A program made the translations under genes and the position numbers. The notes beneath the pieces are model-generated. The model had not been told where the DNA came from, did no database searches, and was given only the letters and a program-made list of their open reading frames with translations. A DNA stretch of 38,463 nt from Octopus sinensis (lineage: Eukaryota), in the NCBI RefSeq assembly GCF_006345805.1, contig NW_021835778.1, forward strand, positions 1-38,463, in the 5' to 3' direction. Positions 12,505 to 24,608 of the stretch are shown here, one piece after another (the first letter of the stretch is position 1; each line of letters opens with the position of its first letter).

Positions 12505-12709
12505 CCTGTGACCGCCAGTTTACCGTTGGCGATTATTTCCCTCCGTTTTCCCTTCTTTGGATCTTTCCTTTTCCTATTATTCTGACGAAGAGCTCCGCTC
12601 GAAACTTTAATCCCTCATTCTTTCCTTCTTTCATGGGCGTCCAATAACACTATACTTGTTCCACGTCCTCGCAATGTTGTGTTTTCTCTTTGTGTTTTTA
12701 TGCTTGGAT

Positions 12710-12716
<7 letters not shown>
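12505..12716 (+). mobile_element. Penelope-like pLTR-type repeat with a degenerate minimal hammerhead motif
   Basis: tatt CTGACGA A GAGC tcc GCTC GAAA cttt aat at 12578-12611. The element ends at a (TA)n tract. Confidence 0.65.
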
Positions 12717-12764
<48 letters not shown>

Positions 12765-12982
12765 GAACAGAGAGAGAAAGGCACAGCTGCGAACGCATGC
12801 GCACTCCCATACAGCAACACACAGCTTACACTCATATAAACACTAACACATACACCACAATTCGTTCACACGTGACTAAACATGACTTCTTTTAAGGGTC
12901 AAACTGTAATGAATGTTTCCGTTATTTCAGATATAATTTTGCTTCCTATCATTTTTACTTGATTTATTCTTACCAATTCTAG

Positions 12983-13482
12983 GTGTGGCTGGTGAACAAT
13001 TTTATGACCACTCAGGTGGCGGAAGTAATCTCTTATGTCTACCCAACGACCCCATTTGGGCCAATTATACTTCAAAAGTTGAAGATGTGGGTTCCATTTA
13101 TGGTACTGAATATCAATCACACGCATACGGCACCAATACCATGTTTTCCTTTGCTAACGCTAAATCACTTAAAGATCACAACGTTCCGTGCGCTGTCTGT
13201 TTGACACGACAACCTGCTGTTGTTATGATGTTACCAGCCAGGACAAAGTGCTACGCTGGTTGGACAGCTGAGTATTCAGGATATTTGATGTCCAATTATC
13301 ACGGACAGAAGGGCAGACAAGAATATGTGTGTGTGGATTATGCACCAGAAGCTGATCCAGCAGGTTACAGAAAGGAAGATGGAGCTCTATTATATTTCGT
13401 TCAGGCTGCTTGTGTTTCATTGCCATGTCCACCGTATGTCCATGGTCAAGAATTAACCTGCGTTGTTTGCAGTAAATATTGA
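12983..13482 (+). CDS. Copy A exon 4, short-chain collagen C4 (spongin NC1-like) domain, terminal coding exon
   Basis: ttctag|GT GTG GCT; open 165 codons to TGA. Motifs GGGSNLLCLP, HNVPCAVC, CYAGWTAEYSGYLM, YVCVD, LPCPPY, ELTCVVCSK. Confidence 0.93.
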
Positions 13483-13592
13483 ATAGAAATTAAATTCGGT
13501 TCCATATGAAAATATCTCTGTGAATAACAAGAAATAACATAAAATTTTAATTGTGTTACCTAATATTTTCTTTAAAGTATGTCTATCATTAC

Positions 13593-13598
13593 AATAAA
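13593..13598 (+). promoter_or_regulatory. Candidate polyadenylation signal AATAAA for copy A
   Basis: About 110 nt after the stop codon and conserved in copy C (33432-33437). Confidence 0.5.
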
Positions 13599-14200
13599 CT
13601 GTTGTACTAGTTTACAGAAGATATTCAAACAATACAAAAGAGGCGACCTAGAATGCCAGAAATATCCTCAAAAACAAGAAAAATCTAAATCTATCGAAAT
13701 GATTCTAGAAAACATTTTGTAAGATTTCAGTTTATCAAACTTATCGTTGAAATAAAATGTTATTTTGTTTAACAGTATTTTGTCTTCTGTCTCATGATTC
13801 AACAAACCCCAAATAAAGTACCACCATAGAATTATATCAGCTTTTCATGCACAGCCTTAGAAAATCTAATACTCGACGCTGCTATCTCAGACATCTTGGT
13901 TTTCAAATTACAAATTGGATTCTGACAAGGACCCATGAACCGCTACATTACATAGCACAGAACTTAACTGATTCTTTCAACAACAATCCATTCTATTTTA
14001 TAAAACCTATTTATCGTCTACTTTAGAAATATCACAAAATGTTCAATTTAAGCTTTCTGAGAATGTGGAATTTACACGATCAATCCATCAAAAGACAGTA
14101 TTAATGAGTATTGGTCCTGCCAACCTAAATCAATATCACAAAATTCCCACCTCTCTTCAAAATAAGATACAAAATGAAACTCGATGCCCACAACATACAG

Positions 14201-15850
14201 GTTTATATCTACAATTCAACATTCTGTCCACTCTTGTGCTTCCAATCATTCGTGAATAGAGACCCGAAATAATGATGTTTCACTTTCCTACACAGTGCGT
14301 ATTTGTCAATCTTGCCTTGGGGTACTCGTCAGCCAACCAATTCAGTGCACGTTTTTGGTGACCATCAGACGAATCAGGTAGCAGGATGCCGTCTACAAAT
14401 AACAGTCGACCGATCACGTAGAGATGAATTGGGTAACCTCTACCACAATGGCTGCGCATATTCAACCAGATCACAAAAAAGAATGTGAGAAGGGGCACTA
14501 ATAATGCACACTTCAACTAAGTGAAACCTTCACGTTGAAAACTTTCGACTTTTACATAAATACAAACATTTGAACATCCACATATGTACTTTATGGCAAC
14601 CAGTATTTGCACATTAAACTCACCTTCCTGGTAAACCATGCACAGCATGCCCCAGGGCACGTGACCGTGTGCCTTTTCGTGGTTTACAGCGTATATACCT
14701 TGGAAATATTTCAATGTTTGCTGGAAGATCTGTCTTTGAATGACTCTCTGGTCGGGTGTACTGCGTCCCGGACAGTAATCTTGGGCACGACAATTTTCTC
14801 ACATATCTTCTCCTGACATCTAGTGTAGACTTTTCTATAATTAGAACTCACTTATTGGTCTCTGTTTGAAAACATTGTAATTGTCACCCCATATTACCAT
14901 TGCCTCAGTGTTTTTTCCAGAGGTCCTATCCACCTAGCGTACATGGGTCACTCAGAGAATACCATCTGTATTTAAGGTTTCTAAAATATCAAGCCGAACG
15001 TGCTTTTCACTTGCAGTTTTATCACTTTTAAGTGAATTTAGCTCATATAAGCGTTCAACCGAAGAAGAACCTGCCCAAAAAATTAATACAATCACGAATG
15101 TATTTCGATGTCCAAGTTCATTCAGGCGGGTCACTCTCAATTTGGATGCAAAAGTCTCCACATTTTTGTTTCTGATCCCAGCATCCACTGCGGCTTCCAA
15201 CTGTATTCTGTAGGTCGCACTGGACTTACCAATTTCCAGTGTTCGGCAGACTGTAGGAATTTTCAGGTTTTCAGACATTTAGGTTGTGATGAGTTGACAA
15301 CTCCACCCCTCCTTTTACCCGATCGTTCAAAAAAGAGTGAAAGATAACCGAAATCTTTCACAAACCTCTGTCACCAAGTATGTCTATACCAGGCACCCTT
15401 ATAAATATCCCTGTCTTAAAATAATATCTATACCATAGAGAGGAGAGTGTGCATCCTACACAGAAGGCTGCTATGACCTCTCCATTAAGTTCACTGACGA
15501 CATTCCTTCCAATCAATCCTTCTCACGGTTATCAATGCCAATGTGTGCACTGAAGTCTCCTTGCAGGACAACTGACTCACCCCAAATATATCTAAATCTG
15601 AGATGAATTTGCTTAGGATTGATTTGTATTTGAACTCGGTGTTTGCTGCATATACATACAGTACGCTAAGGGCTCCAAGGAATAGCCATACCGCGTCGTC
15701 CATCGAGTGGGATAAAAACCGTTGCGTCTGGATCTTAGGTGGAGGAGTCCATTCGGGAAATATATTGCAGTCTCCACCCAACTCAATCTGAGATGCATGG
15801 GGATGGAATACAAAATATGCATCTTCCAAACCCCGAAGCAGGTCCAGAAG
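14201..15850 (-). mobile_element. Degenerate RTE LINE (paralog of 6843-8490)
   Basis: LLFVDG, KSDKTASEKHVRLDILETLNTDGIL and VLYVYAANT fragments. Confidence 0.85.
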
Positions 15851-15859
15851 GGATCAACC

Positions 15860-16375
15860 GTTCATAATTGAGAATTAGACTGTCAAAACCTGACGATACA
15901 AAACGCTGCCTATTGTATATAATCGGTGTCTCCTCAAGAAATCTTCATTATTTCGGAGGCGTACACTCGGAAGTAGGTTGGAAACTCCACCGTGCAGGTG
16001 TGGTGCCAACTATGTCAGCACAGGCGGAAGTGGGATGCTCACAATCCCTAGCTTTCGGATTGGATTATGGAGTGAATCCCACTAGGTATTAAGGGATACC
16101 TCCTGAAGCTCAAGCAGAATGAAGGAGCGGTGTAGCTGCTGAAAGCAAATGCATACAATAGCGAGGGCAAATACAAATGCTTCCTTAACAAAGTCACTGC
16201 AGCGTTGGATATATTTGGGGTAAAGTCATTTGTCTTACAAGGAGACTTCCGTGCACACTTAGGCGCTGATAACCGCAAGAAGTATTGATTGGGTGGAATG
16301 GCGTCACACAACTTTATGGGGTGGCCATACTAGTCTTCTGGCAGAAAACGGACTCTCTTCGCGCCAAACACCAAG
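15860..16375 (+). mobile_element. Inverted RTE endonuclease fragment (paralog of 8500-9015)
   Basis: EVGWKLHRAGVVPTMSAQAEVG, and gatatatttggggtaaagtcatttgtcttacaaggagacttcc. Confidence 0.8.
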
Positions 16376-16812
16376 CTGATATTGTTAATTGACCAATCAG
16401 GTGCCAATAATTGATAATATGGCCTACATATCTATAAAAGAAGAACTTTATCATTATTATGGTCACAAATATATATATATATACTCACATCCAAGTTCAA
16501 CTACAAAACAAACATCCGTTCTTAAGGGAAACAAATACACATTCTTATATTCTGAGATTAATCTCTCAATTCGTTGACATCAACATCAACAACAGGCTCA
16601 ATAGACAAATGACTAATTTTCTTCGTTTAAAATTTATTCTTAGCGAATCCTTTACATCTTTCGTTCTTATTTTCATTCATTCACTCATTCTTTTTCTCTT
16701 AAATTCTAAATTTCTCTCCTCTCTATCAATTCCTTCCAAGACAACAACTTCCTTTGTATAGGGTTCAAGAATTCTTTCTTTTAAACTACATTGTTTCATT
16801 TTAATTTCACAG

Positions 16813-16887
16813 AACCTGGTCCCGGATCATTGTATACCCGGTGGGGCAGAACTACTTGTCCTACTAATTCAAGCCTTGTATATGACG
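16813..16887 (+). CDS. Copy B exon 3, intact
   Basis: tttcacag|AACCT...GACG|gttagt, 75 nt. Reads PGPGSLYTRWGRTTCPTNSSLVYD. Confidence 0.85.
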
Positions 16888-18286
16888 GTTAGTATAAGCT
16901 ATACTTCTGTTCTCTCTTTCTCTCTTTATCTTTCTCTTCTTCTCTTTTTATTCCTCTCATTTTCTCTTTCTGTCGCCCCTCTCTTTCCGTTTCTCTCACG
17001 CACACGCACACACACGCAAGCAAATCATGTGACATATCACGTTTGTAACGTTACCTATAGACCCTATAGAGACTGCACAAGATTGCTTACTCCTTTGTAG
17101 GTGTTTGGTCAAATCAGACTTTAAATGTTGTCTAATATGGACCAGGTGAAAAGAATGTTGTCTAACCACAGAATATAGATATCTCTACGTGAAATTATAG
17201 ATAGGGACTAGAGTGGAATCCAGTATTGCGATCAAGGACTCCTGACTGACTTGTATGGAGTGTAGATATCAAATACCGAGTCTGCTAACTGGTGATCAAG
17301 TGTACTGGCTACGGATGGTGGCATTGTATGTGAGTGACCAGAGCTGAGATGTGGCTACTTGACTATCATCAACTAGAGTGTCTATTGATTGTCGTTATAA
17401 ATTAAATTGAACAAGGTCTCTTAGAATTGATGAATAAATGTATATGGTTAATGAAATGAACACAGAATGTACAATGTGGACTGGACAGACCACACACTGT
17501 AACTAATGGACAAAGATAATTAAGCACCGTATGTATTATGCAAAATGTGGAGGGACCAAGTACCACTGAGAGTACATATTGCACCCAAGTGAGTACATAC
17601 TGCACTTCTATTCTACTCCGCCTTACCGAAATCGTCCTATCCCTCAAACCTTTCTGTTTTCATCCGCCACCTCGCCTCATTAATTGTCCAGTATATCTTT
17701 GTAAGGTATCGCCGGCACATACAATTCAAAGCTACTGCTTTCCACATCTTCTCCAACCGACGTCGCATCCTTTGTGAATCTGCTCTCTATAAACCCTATA
17801 CGTAACCTTTATCGGTCGCCCACTCTGCTCTCCATTCTTCTTAAGCACTACGCCATCAATGAGCTTCAAAATTCACCACACTTCAGTTCATGCTTTGCAT
17901 GAAATAAAATCTGTGTGATCATAATATTATAGTATGTGGTAGGCCCGTCTCGTGGTAGGCCTGACTCGTACGAGACAAACCGATGGATATAGCTAGCCAC
18001 ACCCGTATGGTCGGCTAAACAGTATTTCATCCACTCTTACCCACCAGTTCTCTGCATCTCGCCGTCTCTCGTATTGTTCTACTCAAACCACATGCAATTC
18101 CGATCACCAACAATTTTCCCGTTCAAACGTGAACGACATCTTTTCCATGTCGGGAAATTACGACCACATGCGTCACAAAATCCCTTTCCTTTCTCCGTTT
18201 ATTGACATTCACACACCCCATGCAATACACATCACCCCATGCAATACACATCACAACCACAAATACTGACTCGTAAACACACACAA

Positions 18287-18333
<47 letters not shown>

Positions 18334-18391
18334 ACATTATTGGTGAATTGAAGAAATGGAGCTGAACGCAGATTGAACAGAAATCGTTTTA

Positions 18392-18481
18392 TTTCATTCT
18401 ACACGTGTTTCGAAAGGCACAAATTACCAAAATCCGATTGAATAATGGGACCATATTGTGTCTTTCTCTTCAGGAAGAAAA
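18392..18481 (-). ncRNA. Type I hammerhead ribozyme motif (left arm of the palindrome)
   Basis: Minus strand: ttttcttc CTGAAGA gaaag...ctttc GAAA c acgt g TA gaatgaaa. Intact core, G-C closed helix II, palindromic loop 3 and a GUA triplet. Confidence 0.75.
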
Positions 18482-18632
18482 AAGGAAATCCGTTGGAAAA
18501 ACAAAAACAGAACAGAGGCAGAGCAAAAAACAAATCGAACTGTGCTCCTAAGAGCCCATGGCTCTTAGGAGCACAGTTTTTGATTTTTTTGCTCTGCCTC
18601 TGTTCTGTTTTTGTTTTTTCCACGGATTTCCT

Positions 18633-18721
18633 TTTTTCTCCTGAAGAGAAAGACACAATATGGTCCCATTATTCAATCGGATTTTGGTAATTTGTGCTTT
18701 CGAAACACGTGTAGAATGAAA
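18633..18721 (+). ncRNA. Type I hammerhead ribozyme motif (right arm of the palindrome)
   Basis: CTGAAGA 18641-18647, gaaag/ctttc helix II, GAAA 18702-18705, cacgtg, GTA 18711-18713. Helix I is weaker than in the left arm because of a 1-nt deletion. Confidence 0.7.
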
Positions 18722-18968
18722 TAAAACGATTTCTGTTCAATCTGCGTTCAGCTCCATTTCTTCAATTCACCAATAATGTTTTAATTTCAATTATCCGCAC
18801 CAACGCACGGTTGCAACGCCAGATGGTTGTACCTCCAACCGTGCTGTTCACTGCTGTGATTTTTGCTACTAAGGTATCGGTTAAACTTTTGATTAATCTA
18901 CTACAAGATTATTCATCTTTCTATTTCACATAATATATATATATATATATATATATATTCATTTAAAT

Positions 18969-19176
18969 TGTGACCGCCTGAGTAACGTTGGCGATTTTTT
19001 TCCTTCCGTTTACCCTTCTTTGGATCTTTCCTTTTCTTATGATTCTGACGAAGAGCTCCGCTCGAAACGATAAACCCTCATTCTTTCCTTCTTTCATGGG
19101 CGTCCAATAACACTATAGTTGTTCCAAGTCCTCGCAATATTGTGTTTTCTTTTTGTGTTTTTATGCTTGGATTAAC

Positions 19177-19178
<2 letters not shown>
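18969..19178 (+). mobile_element. Penelope-like pLTR-type repeat with a degenerate minimal hammerhead motif
   Basis: gatt CTGACGA A GAGC tcc GCTC GAAA cgat aaac at 19041-19075. Ortholog of 12505-12716. Confidence 0.65.
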
Positions 19179-19216
<38 letters not shown>

Positions 19217-19432
19217 GAACAGAGAGAGAAAGGCACAACTGCGAACATATGCGCACTCCCATACACCAACACACAGCTTACACTCATATAAACACTAACA
19301 TATACACCACAATTCGTTCACACGTGACTAAACATGACTCCTTTTAAGGGTCAAACTGTAATGAATGTTTCCGTTATTTCATATATAATTTTGCTTAATA
19401 TCTTTTACTTGATTTATTCTTACCAATTCTAG

Positions 19433-19932
19433 GTGTGGCTGGTGGACAATGGTACGACCACACAGGTGGCGGAAGTAATCTCTTATGTCTACCTAACGAT
19501 CCCATTTGGGCCAATTATACTACAAAAGTTGAAGAAGGTGGTCACATTTATGGCAGTGAATATCAACTACAGGATTACGACACCAATACCATCTTTTCTT
19601 TTGCTAACGCTAAATCACTTCATGATCACAACGTTCCGTGCGCTGTCTGTTTGACACGACAACCTGCTGTTGTTATGACGTTACCAGCCAGAACACAGTG
19701 TTACGCTGGTTGGACGGCTGAGTATTCAGGAAATTTGATGTCCGAACGTCATACACATAAGGGCAGACTTGAATATGTGTGTGTGGACTATGCACCAGAA
19801 GCTGATCCAGCAGGTTACCGAAATGAAAATGGAGCTGTATTATATTTCGTTCAGGCTGCTTGTGGTTCATTGCCATGTCCACCGTATGTCAATGGTCAAG
19901 AATTAACCTGCGTTGTATGCAGTAAATATTGA
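19433..19932 (+). CDS. Copy B exon 4, short-chain collagen C4-like domain, intact
   Basis: ttctag acceptor and 165 open codons. About 84% amino-acid identity to A and about 89% to C by hand count. Confidence 0.9.
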
Positions 19933-19961
19933 ACAGAAATTAAATTCGGTTCCATATGAAA

Positions 19962-19992
<31 letters not shown>

Positions 19993-20057
19993 TGTATGTA
20001 TGTATGTATGTATGTATGTATGTATGTATGTATGTATGTGTGTAAGCATGTATGTAT

Positions 20058-20613
20058 GTCAGGTCACTTTCGTGTGCTACTGGTAACATGTAACCCAGGA
20101 CAACCTGTTGCATTGTTGGGTCGTCGGCGACTAAACCGGCAACCCCACCAAGCTTGCTTGGTGAGGAGGGTGTTTATTGGACACCCTGCGGGATGAAAAA
20201 CAAAACCCGTCAAAGAGCGGAGGAACTCTTGAGAGTCAACGGCCATCCAATAACTGTCTTAAGGCTGTATCATGCGCGGGGACACAGAAATAATCGGACT
20301 GAATATCCGATCGCGCGGTTAAACCATTGGGAGTGAAGGACTCCTAGCCTTTGTCAGGGTATCATTCTAGGAGAGGGTAACTCAGGTAACTGGGATAACT
20401 CCGATATAAAACCTGCGGCTCAGTGGTTACCGATGATGTTGACTTGTTCTTCTTTTCGGATTATGGCTGCTGATGCTTAGTGAGTGGGATTGACTCAGTG
20501 CACAGCCTTTCCTCGCTTTAAAAAAATTCTTCATGCACAGGCATTGCACGATAACAATATTGATTAAGCACCGTGCAATGCCCATACTCGATAACGAGGG
20601 AGCAGCCACCAAG
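20058..20613 (+). mobile_element. About 555-bp non-coding element embedded in (TATG)n, possibly a non-autonomous RTE derivative
   Basis: A second copy lies at 35648-36205. It has a hairpin-rich 5' part and a 3' end ccatactcgataacgagggagcagccaccaag running into (TATG)n, reminiscent of RTE 3' ends. No useful ORF. Confidence 0.45.
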
Positions 20614-21523
20614 TATGTATGTATGTATGTATGGATGGATGGATGGATGTAAGTATGTGTGTATGTATGTACGTGTGTATGTATGTATGTATGTATGTAT
20701 GTATGTATGTATGTATGTATGTATGTATGTATGTATGTATGTGTATATGTGTCTATCGATGTATACATGCTTACATGCATGCATACATGTATACATACAT
20801 AAATGTATGTATACATATATGCATGCATGTATGTATGAAAGTATGTATGTATGTATGTGTGTGTGTATGTATGTATATATGTAACTATGTGTGTATGTAT
20901 GTGTGTATGTGTGTGTGTATGTATGTATGCATGTGTGTGTATGTATGTATGTATGTATATATATATGTGTGTGTATGTAAGTATATATGTATGTATGGGG
21001 GTATGTATGTATGTATATATGTATGTATATACGTGAGTGTGTATGTATGCATGTATGTATGTATGTATGTGTGTATGTATATATGTATGTATGCATGTAT
21101 GTATGTATGTATGTGTGTATGTATGTATGTATGTATGTATGTATGTATGTATGTATGTATGTGTGTATGTATATATGTATGTATGCATGTATGTATGTAT
21201 GTATGTGTGTATGTATGTATGTATATATGTATGTATGCATGTATGTATGTATGTATGTGTGTATGTATGTATGTATGTATGTATGTATGTATGCATGTAT
21301 GTATGTATGTATGTGTGTATGTATATATGTATGTATGCATGTATGTATGTATGTATGTGTGTATGTATGTATGTATGTATGTATGCATGTATGTATGTAT
21401 GTATGTGTGTATGTATATATGTATGTATGCATGTATGTATGTATTTAAGTGTGTATGTATGTATGTATGTATGTATGTATACCTGTATGTATGTGTGCAT
21501 GTATGTATGTATATATGTATGTA
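20614..21523. repeat. (TATG)n compound microsatellite, about 900 bp
   Basis: Directly visible. It is the source of the 379-aa and 304-aa pseudo-ORFs. Confidence 0.97.
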
Positions 21524-22499
21524 TTAGTGGGTGGGAATTGGTAGGTTTTGAATTTGATATTCCCATAAAACTTTTCTAATCCGATTAACGCTTGTTGTGA
21601 AGAATCCAATCCGAACAGCGGACTTCATTAGATTAAGTCTTGCGATTACTGTGTGGGTTGAACGAAATACTTCCCACTCTGGATATTAAAACAGTGTGTG
21701 AGTGTGTGTGTGTGTGTGTGTTTGTGAGTGAGTGTGTGTGTCAATTTTTGTATGTGTGTGTGCCAGTGTGTGTGCGTGTGTGTGTGTGTTAGTGTGTGTG
21801 TATGTGTGTCTAAGTGTGTGTCTGTGTGTATGTGTCACTGTGTGTGTCGGTGTGTGTTTGTGTGTTTGTCAGTGTTTGCGTCTGTGTGTGTCAGTGTGTG
21901 TGTGTGTGTGTTAGTGTGTGTGTCAGTGTGTGTGTGTGTCAGTGTGTGTGTGTGTGTGTTAGTGTGTGTGTCAGCGTGTGTGTTTGTCATTGTGTGTGTT
22001 TGTTAGTGTGTGTGTGTGTGTGTCAGTGTGTGTGTGTGTCTCAGTGTGTGTGTGTGTGTGTGTGTGTCTTTGTGTCTGTGTATTTGTTGGTTGAACGAAA
22101 TACTTCCCACACTGAATATTAAAACAGTTTCCCAAGAATAACAAATAAAATTAAATAACAACATTAGTAAATAAATATATCATAATATACCCAGAAACAG
22201 GAATCATTTCACTTTACACGTGTCTCTCATTCATCAAAATATTTTGCTAATTATTGTGTGACTATATCAAACCATCTCTTTCCAATAATTAAACCTGTCA
22301 GACAAGTTCACACCCGCTTTTACAGTTCCACCAATCGCATTGTTTCATAAATTTACGATAAGATCTATGCCAGAGCTGGGTTGTTGTGCGCTCAATAAAT
22401 ACGTGGAATTCAGTTACAGGTCTTCAGCTTAAACCTCGCATCTCGATCTTTTTTTGAAGCCACACGAAGTATCACTTACGACCGACAACTGTCACCAGA

Positions 22500-22643
22500 A
22501 TGGATTTCGCACAACTGTCCAGGAATATTTCGCAGCGTTATTCCATTTCTTCTCTCATAGCTTTTGGGGTTCTTCTCGTTCTGACGATCGTGATTCTTCA
22601 TCAAGATTCTAGAATAGGAAAAATGGAAGAGAAATCGAAAACG
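22500..22643 (+). CDS. Copy C exon 1, intact; signal-anchor/transmembrane exon
   Basis: MDFAQLSRNISQRYSISSLIAFGVLLVLTIVILHQDSRIGKMEEKSKT, 144 nt, donor ACG|GTAAGT. Confidence 0.88.
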
Positions 22644-23127
22644 GTAAGTCATGGATTTTGTGTTAATATATGTATGTCTTTATGTATTTATAAATGCATG
22701 TATGAATGCATTAACGTATGTATGTATTAATATGTGGATGTACGTACGTACGGATGGATGGATGGATGAATGTAAGGATGTATGCATGAATCACTTACAT
22801 ATGTTCCTATGGAGCACACACACACACATAAGATCACACACGTAATCACACACGAACACACAGGCGCACACACTAAACATACAAAGATATACATATACAT
22901 ATATTTGTATATATAATATACATATATATGTATATATAAATATACATATTTATGAATATATTAGTGCGTGAACATATATAGATATATATATATAAACAAA
23001 TATATGCGTGTGTGTATCTATCACTGTATCTCTCTGTCTCTCTTTCTCTCTTTCTCTCTATTTATCTATATATATATATATGTATGTATGTGTGTGTGTG
23101 TGTGTATGTGTGTATAAATATATCCTT

Positions 23128-23318
23128 TAACCGTTTCAGGCATTTGACTGCGGCCATGCTAGAGCACTGCATTTAGTAGGACAAATCGACTTCAGGAATT
23201 ATTCTTTGTAAGCCTATTGCTCATTCTATCGTTATCTCTAGCCGAACCGCTAAGTAACGAGGACGTAAACATACCGACATCAGTTGAGAATCGATAGTGG
23301 TGCGACAATAACAGACAC
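23128..23318 (-). mobile_element. 3' part of a tRNA-derived SINE (ortholog of 3003-3195)
   Basis: catttgactgcggccatgct...ttattctttgtaagcc. Confidence 0.8.
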
Positions 23319-23512
23319 ATATATTAAACAGAGATACAAACACACTATGTCTGCTATACACACACACATACATCTATATATACATATATATACATATCAT
23401 ATATACATACACACATATATAGTTACGTATGTATGTACATACATATCTATCTATCAATCTATTTATCTATCTATCTATCTATCTATATATATATATATTT
23501 ATCTATGTATCA

Positions 23513-23558
<46 letters not shown>

Positions 23559-23583
23559 GTATATATATATATATATATTATAT

Positions 23584-23681
<98 letters not shown>

Positions 23682-24410
23682 GTATGTATGTATATATACA
23701 TATACACACATCCCAAGGAAACACAAAGAATAGTGGAATTGTACTCCTGTCCGATCGCTCTTTCACCAGACATAATCCTGGAGAGGGAAATAAGTGCGTA
23801 ATGAAAAAAATCTAATGGTGGGGTTCTAGCATGGCCATGCCCTGTCGCTGCAACGTTTAGCCCTATTAATATTAGTGTTAAGTATTATATCTAGATGTAC
23901 ACTTACACACACGCACAGAAACAGACACATACAAACACACACACACACGCACACATAGGAATACGTACATATTTACACACATTTATCTATTTCTCTCCAT
24001 CAGGAACGGAAGTGAGGCGAGTTTTTTTGAATCTTTTCTTTCCAACTGAAAATAAAACGTGCGAGTGCCAATGTAGATCGGTGAATTTCGTAATGTTTGA
24101 CTGTAATTCACGTTGGTTTTTATATATGACAATATGTAAGAACGAATGTAAATACATACACACAGACACACGGACAAACAAACGCACAAATAAACACAAA
24201 CACACACACATACGCACGCACACAGACACACGTGCTCAATTGTACACGAACAATCACACTATACAGTGTATGTCCACTCACATATATGTGTGCGTTTGTG
24301 TGTGTGTATGCGTATAAGTAGATACGTGTATTTGTGATATTTATGGTGTGTATGCTTCAGTATACGTGCATACGTATATATTGATGTGTTATATATATAT
24401 ATATATATAT

Positions 24411-24544
24411 ATTTATTATATAGAAGGAGCTTCTACAGGACTAGTACTGTTTCATTCAAGAGAAATCTTCAGGAAGCGCTTCCTGAAGATTTCTCTTGAA
24501 TGAAACAGTACTAGTCCTGTAGAAGCTCCTTCTATATAATAAAT
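24411..24544. repeat. Perfect 134-bp palindrome with no spacer
   Basis: Two 67-bp arms meet at aggaagc|gcttcct (24477/24478). Specific to copy C. Confidence 0.96.
24478..24526 (+). ncRNA. Type I hammerhead ribozyme motif (mirror copy on the minus strand at 24429-24477)
   Basis: GCTTC CTGAAGA t TTC tctt GAA t GAAA CAG tactagtc CTG TA GAAGC. Helices I (5 bp), II (3 bp) and III all pair. The helix II closing pair is U-U, which is non-canonical. Confidence 0.68.
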
Positions 24545-24608
24545 TAATTTTACTCTGCTACGTATTGAGTACCTTACTTACTGTGGTTAACCCCGATCAA
24601 CCCGGACC

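Larger units (their letters stand above)
18333..18780. repeat. Near-perfect 448-bp palindrome (arms about 224 and 221 bp, loop CAT at 18557-18559)
   Basis: aacattattggtgaattgaag...agagcc-cat-ggctct...cttcaattcaccaataatgtt. Specific to copy B. Confidence 0.95.
14201..19965 (+). repeat. Partial tandem unit B (mid-intron 2 to 33 nt past the stop), lacking exons 1-2
   Basis: At about 14200 the 3' flank of A (caacatacag) joins gtttatatctacaattc, which matches 6843 inside the intron 2 LINE. Confidence 0.88.

Noticed and set aside
12985-12987. GTG start assigned by the ORF track to the 165-aa ORFs
   Set aside because: It lies two bases after a ttctag acceptor and the frame continues from exon 3, so it is not an initiation codon.
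12899-13432. Alternative-frame and antisense ORFs over exon 4 (and their equivalents in B and C)
   Set aside because: Shadows of the real reading frame; their conservation is explained by the sense CDS.
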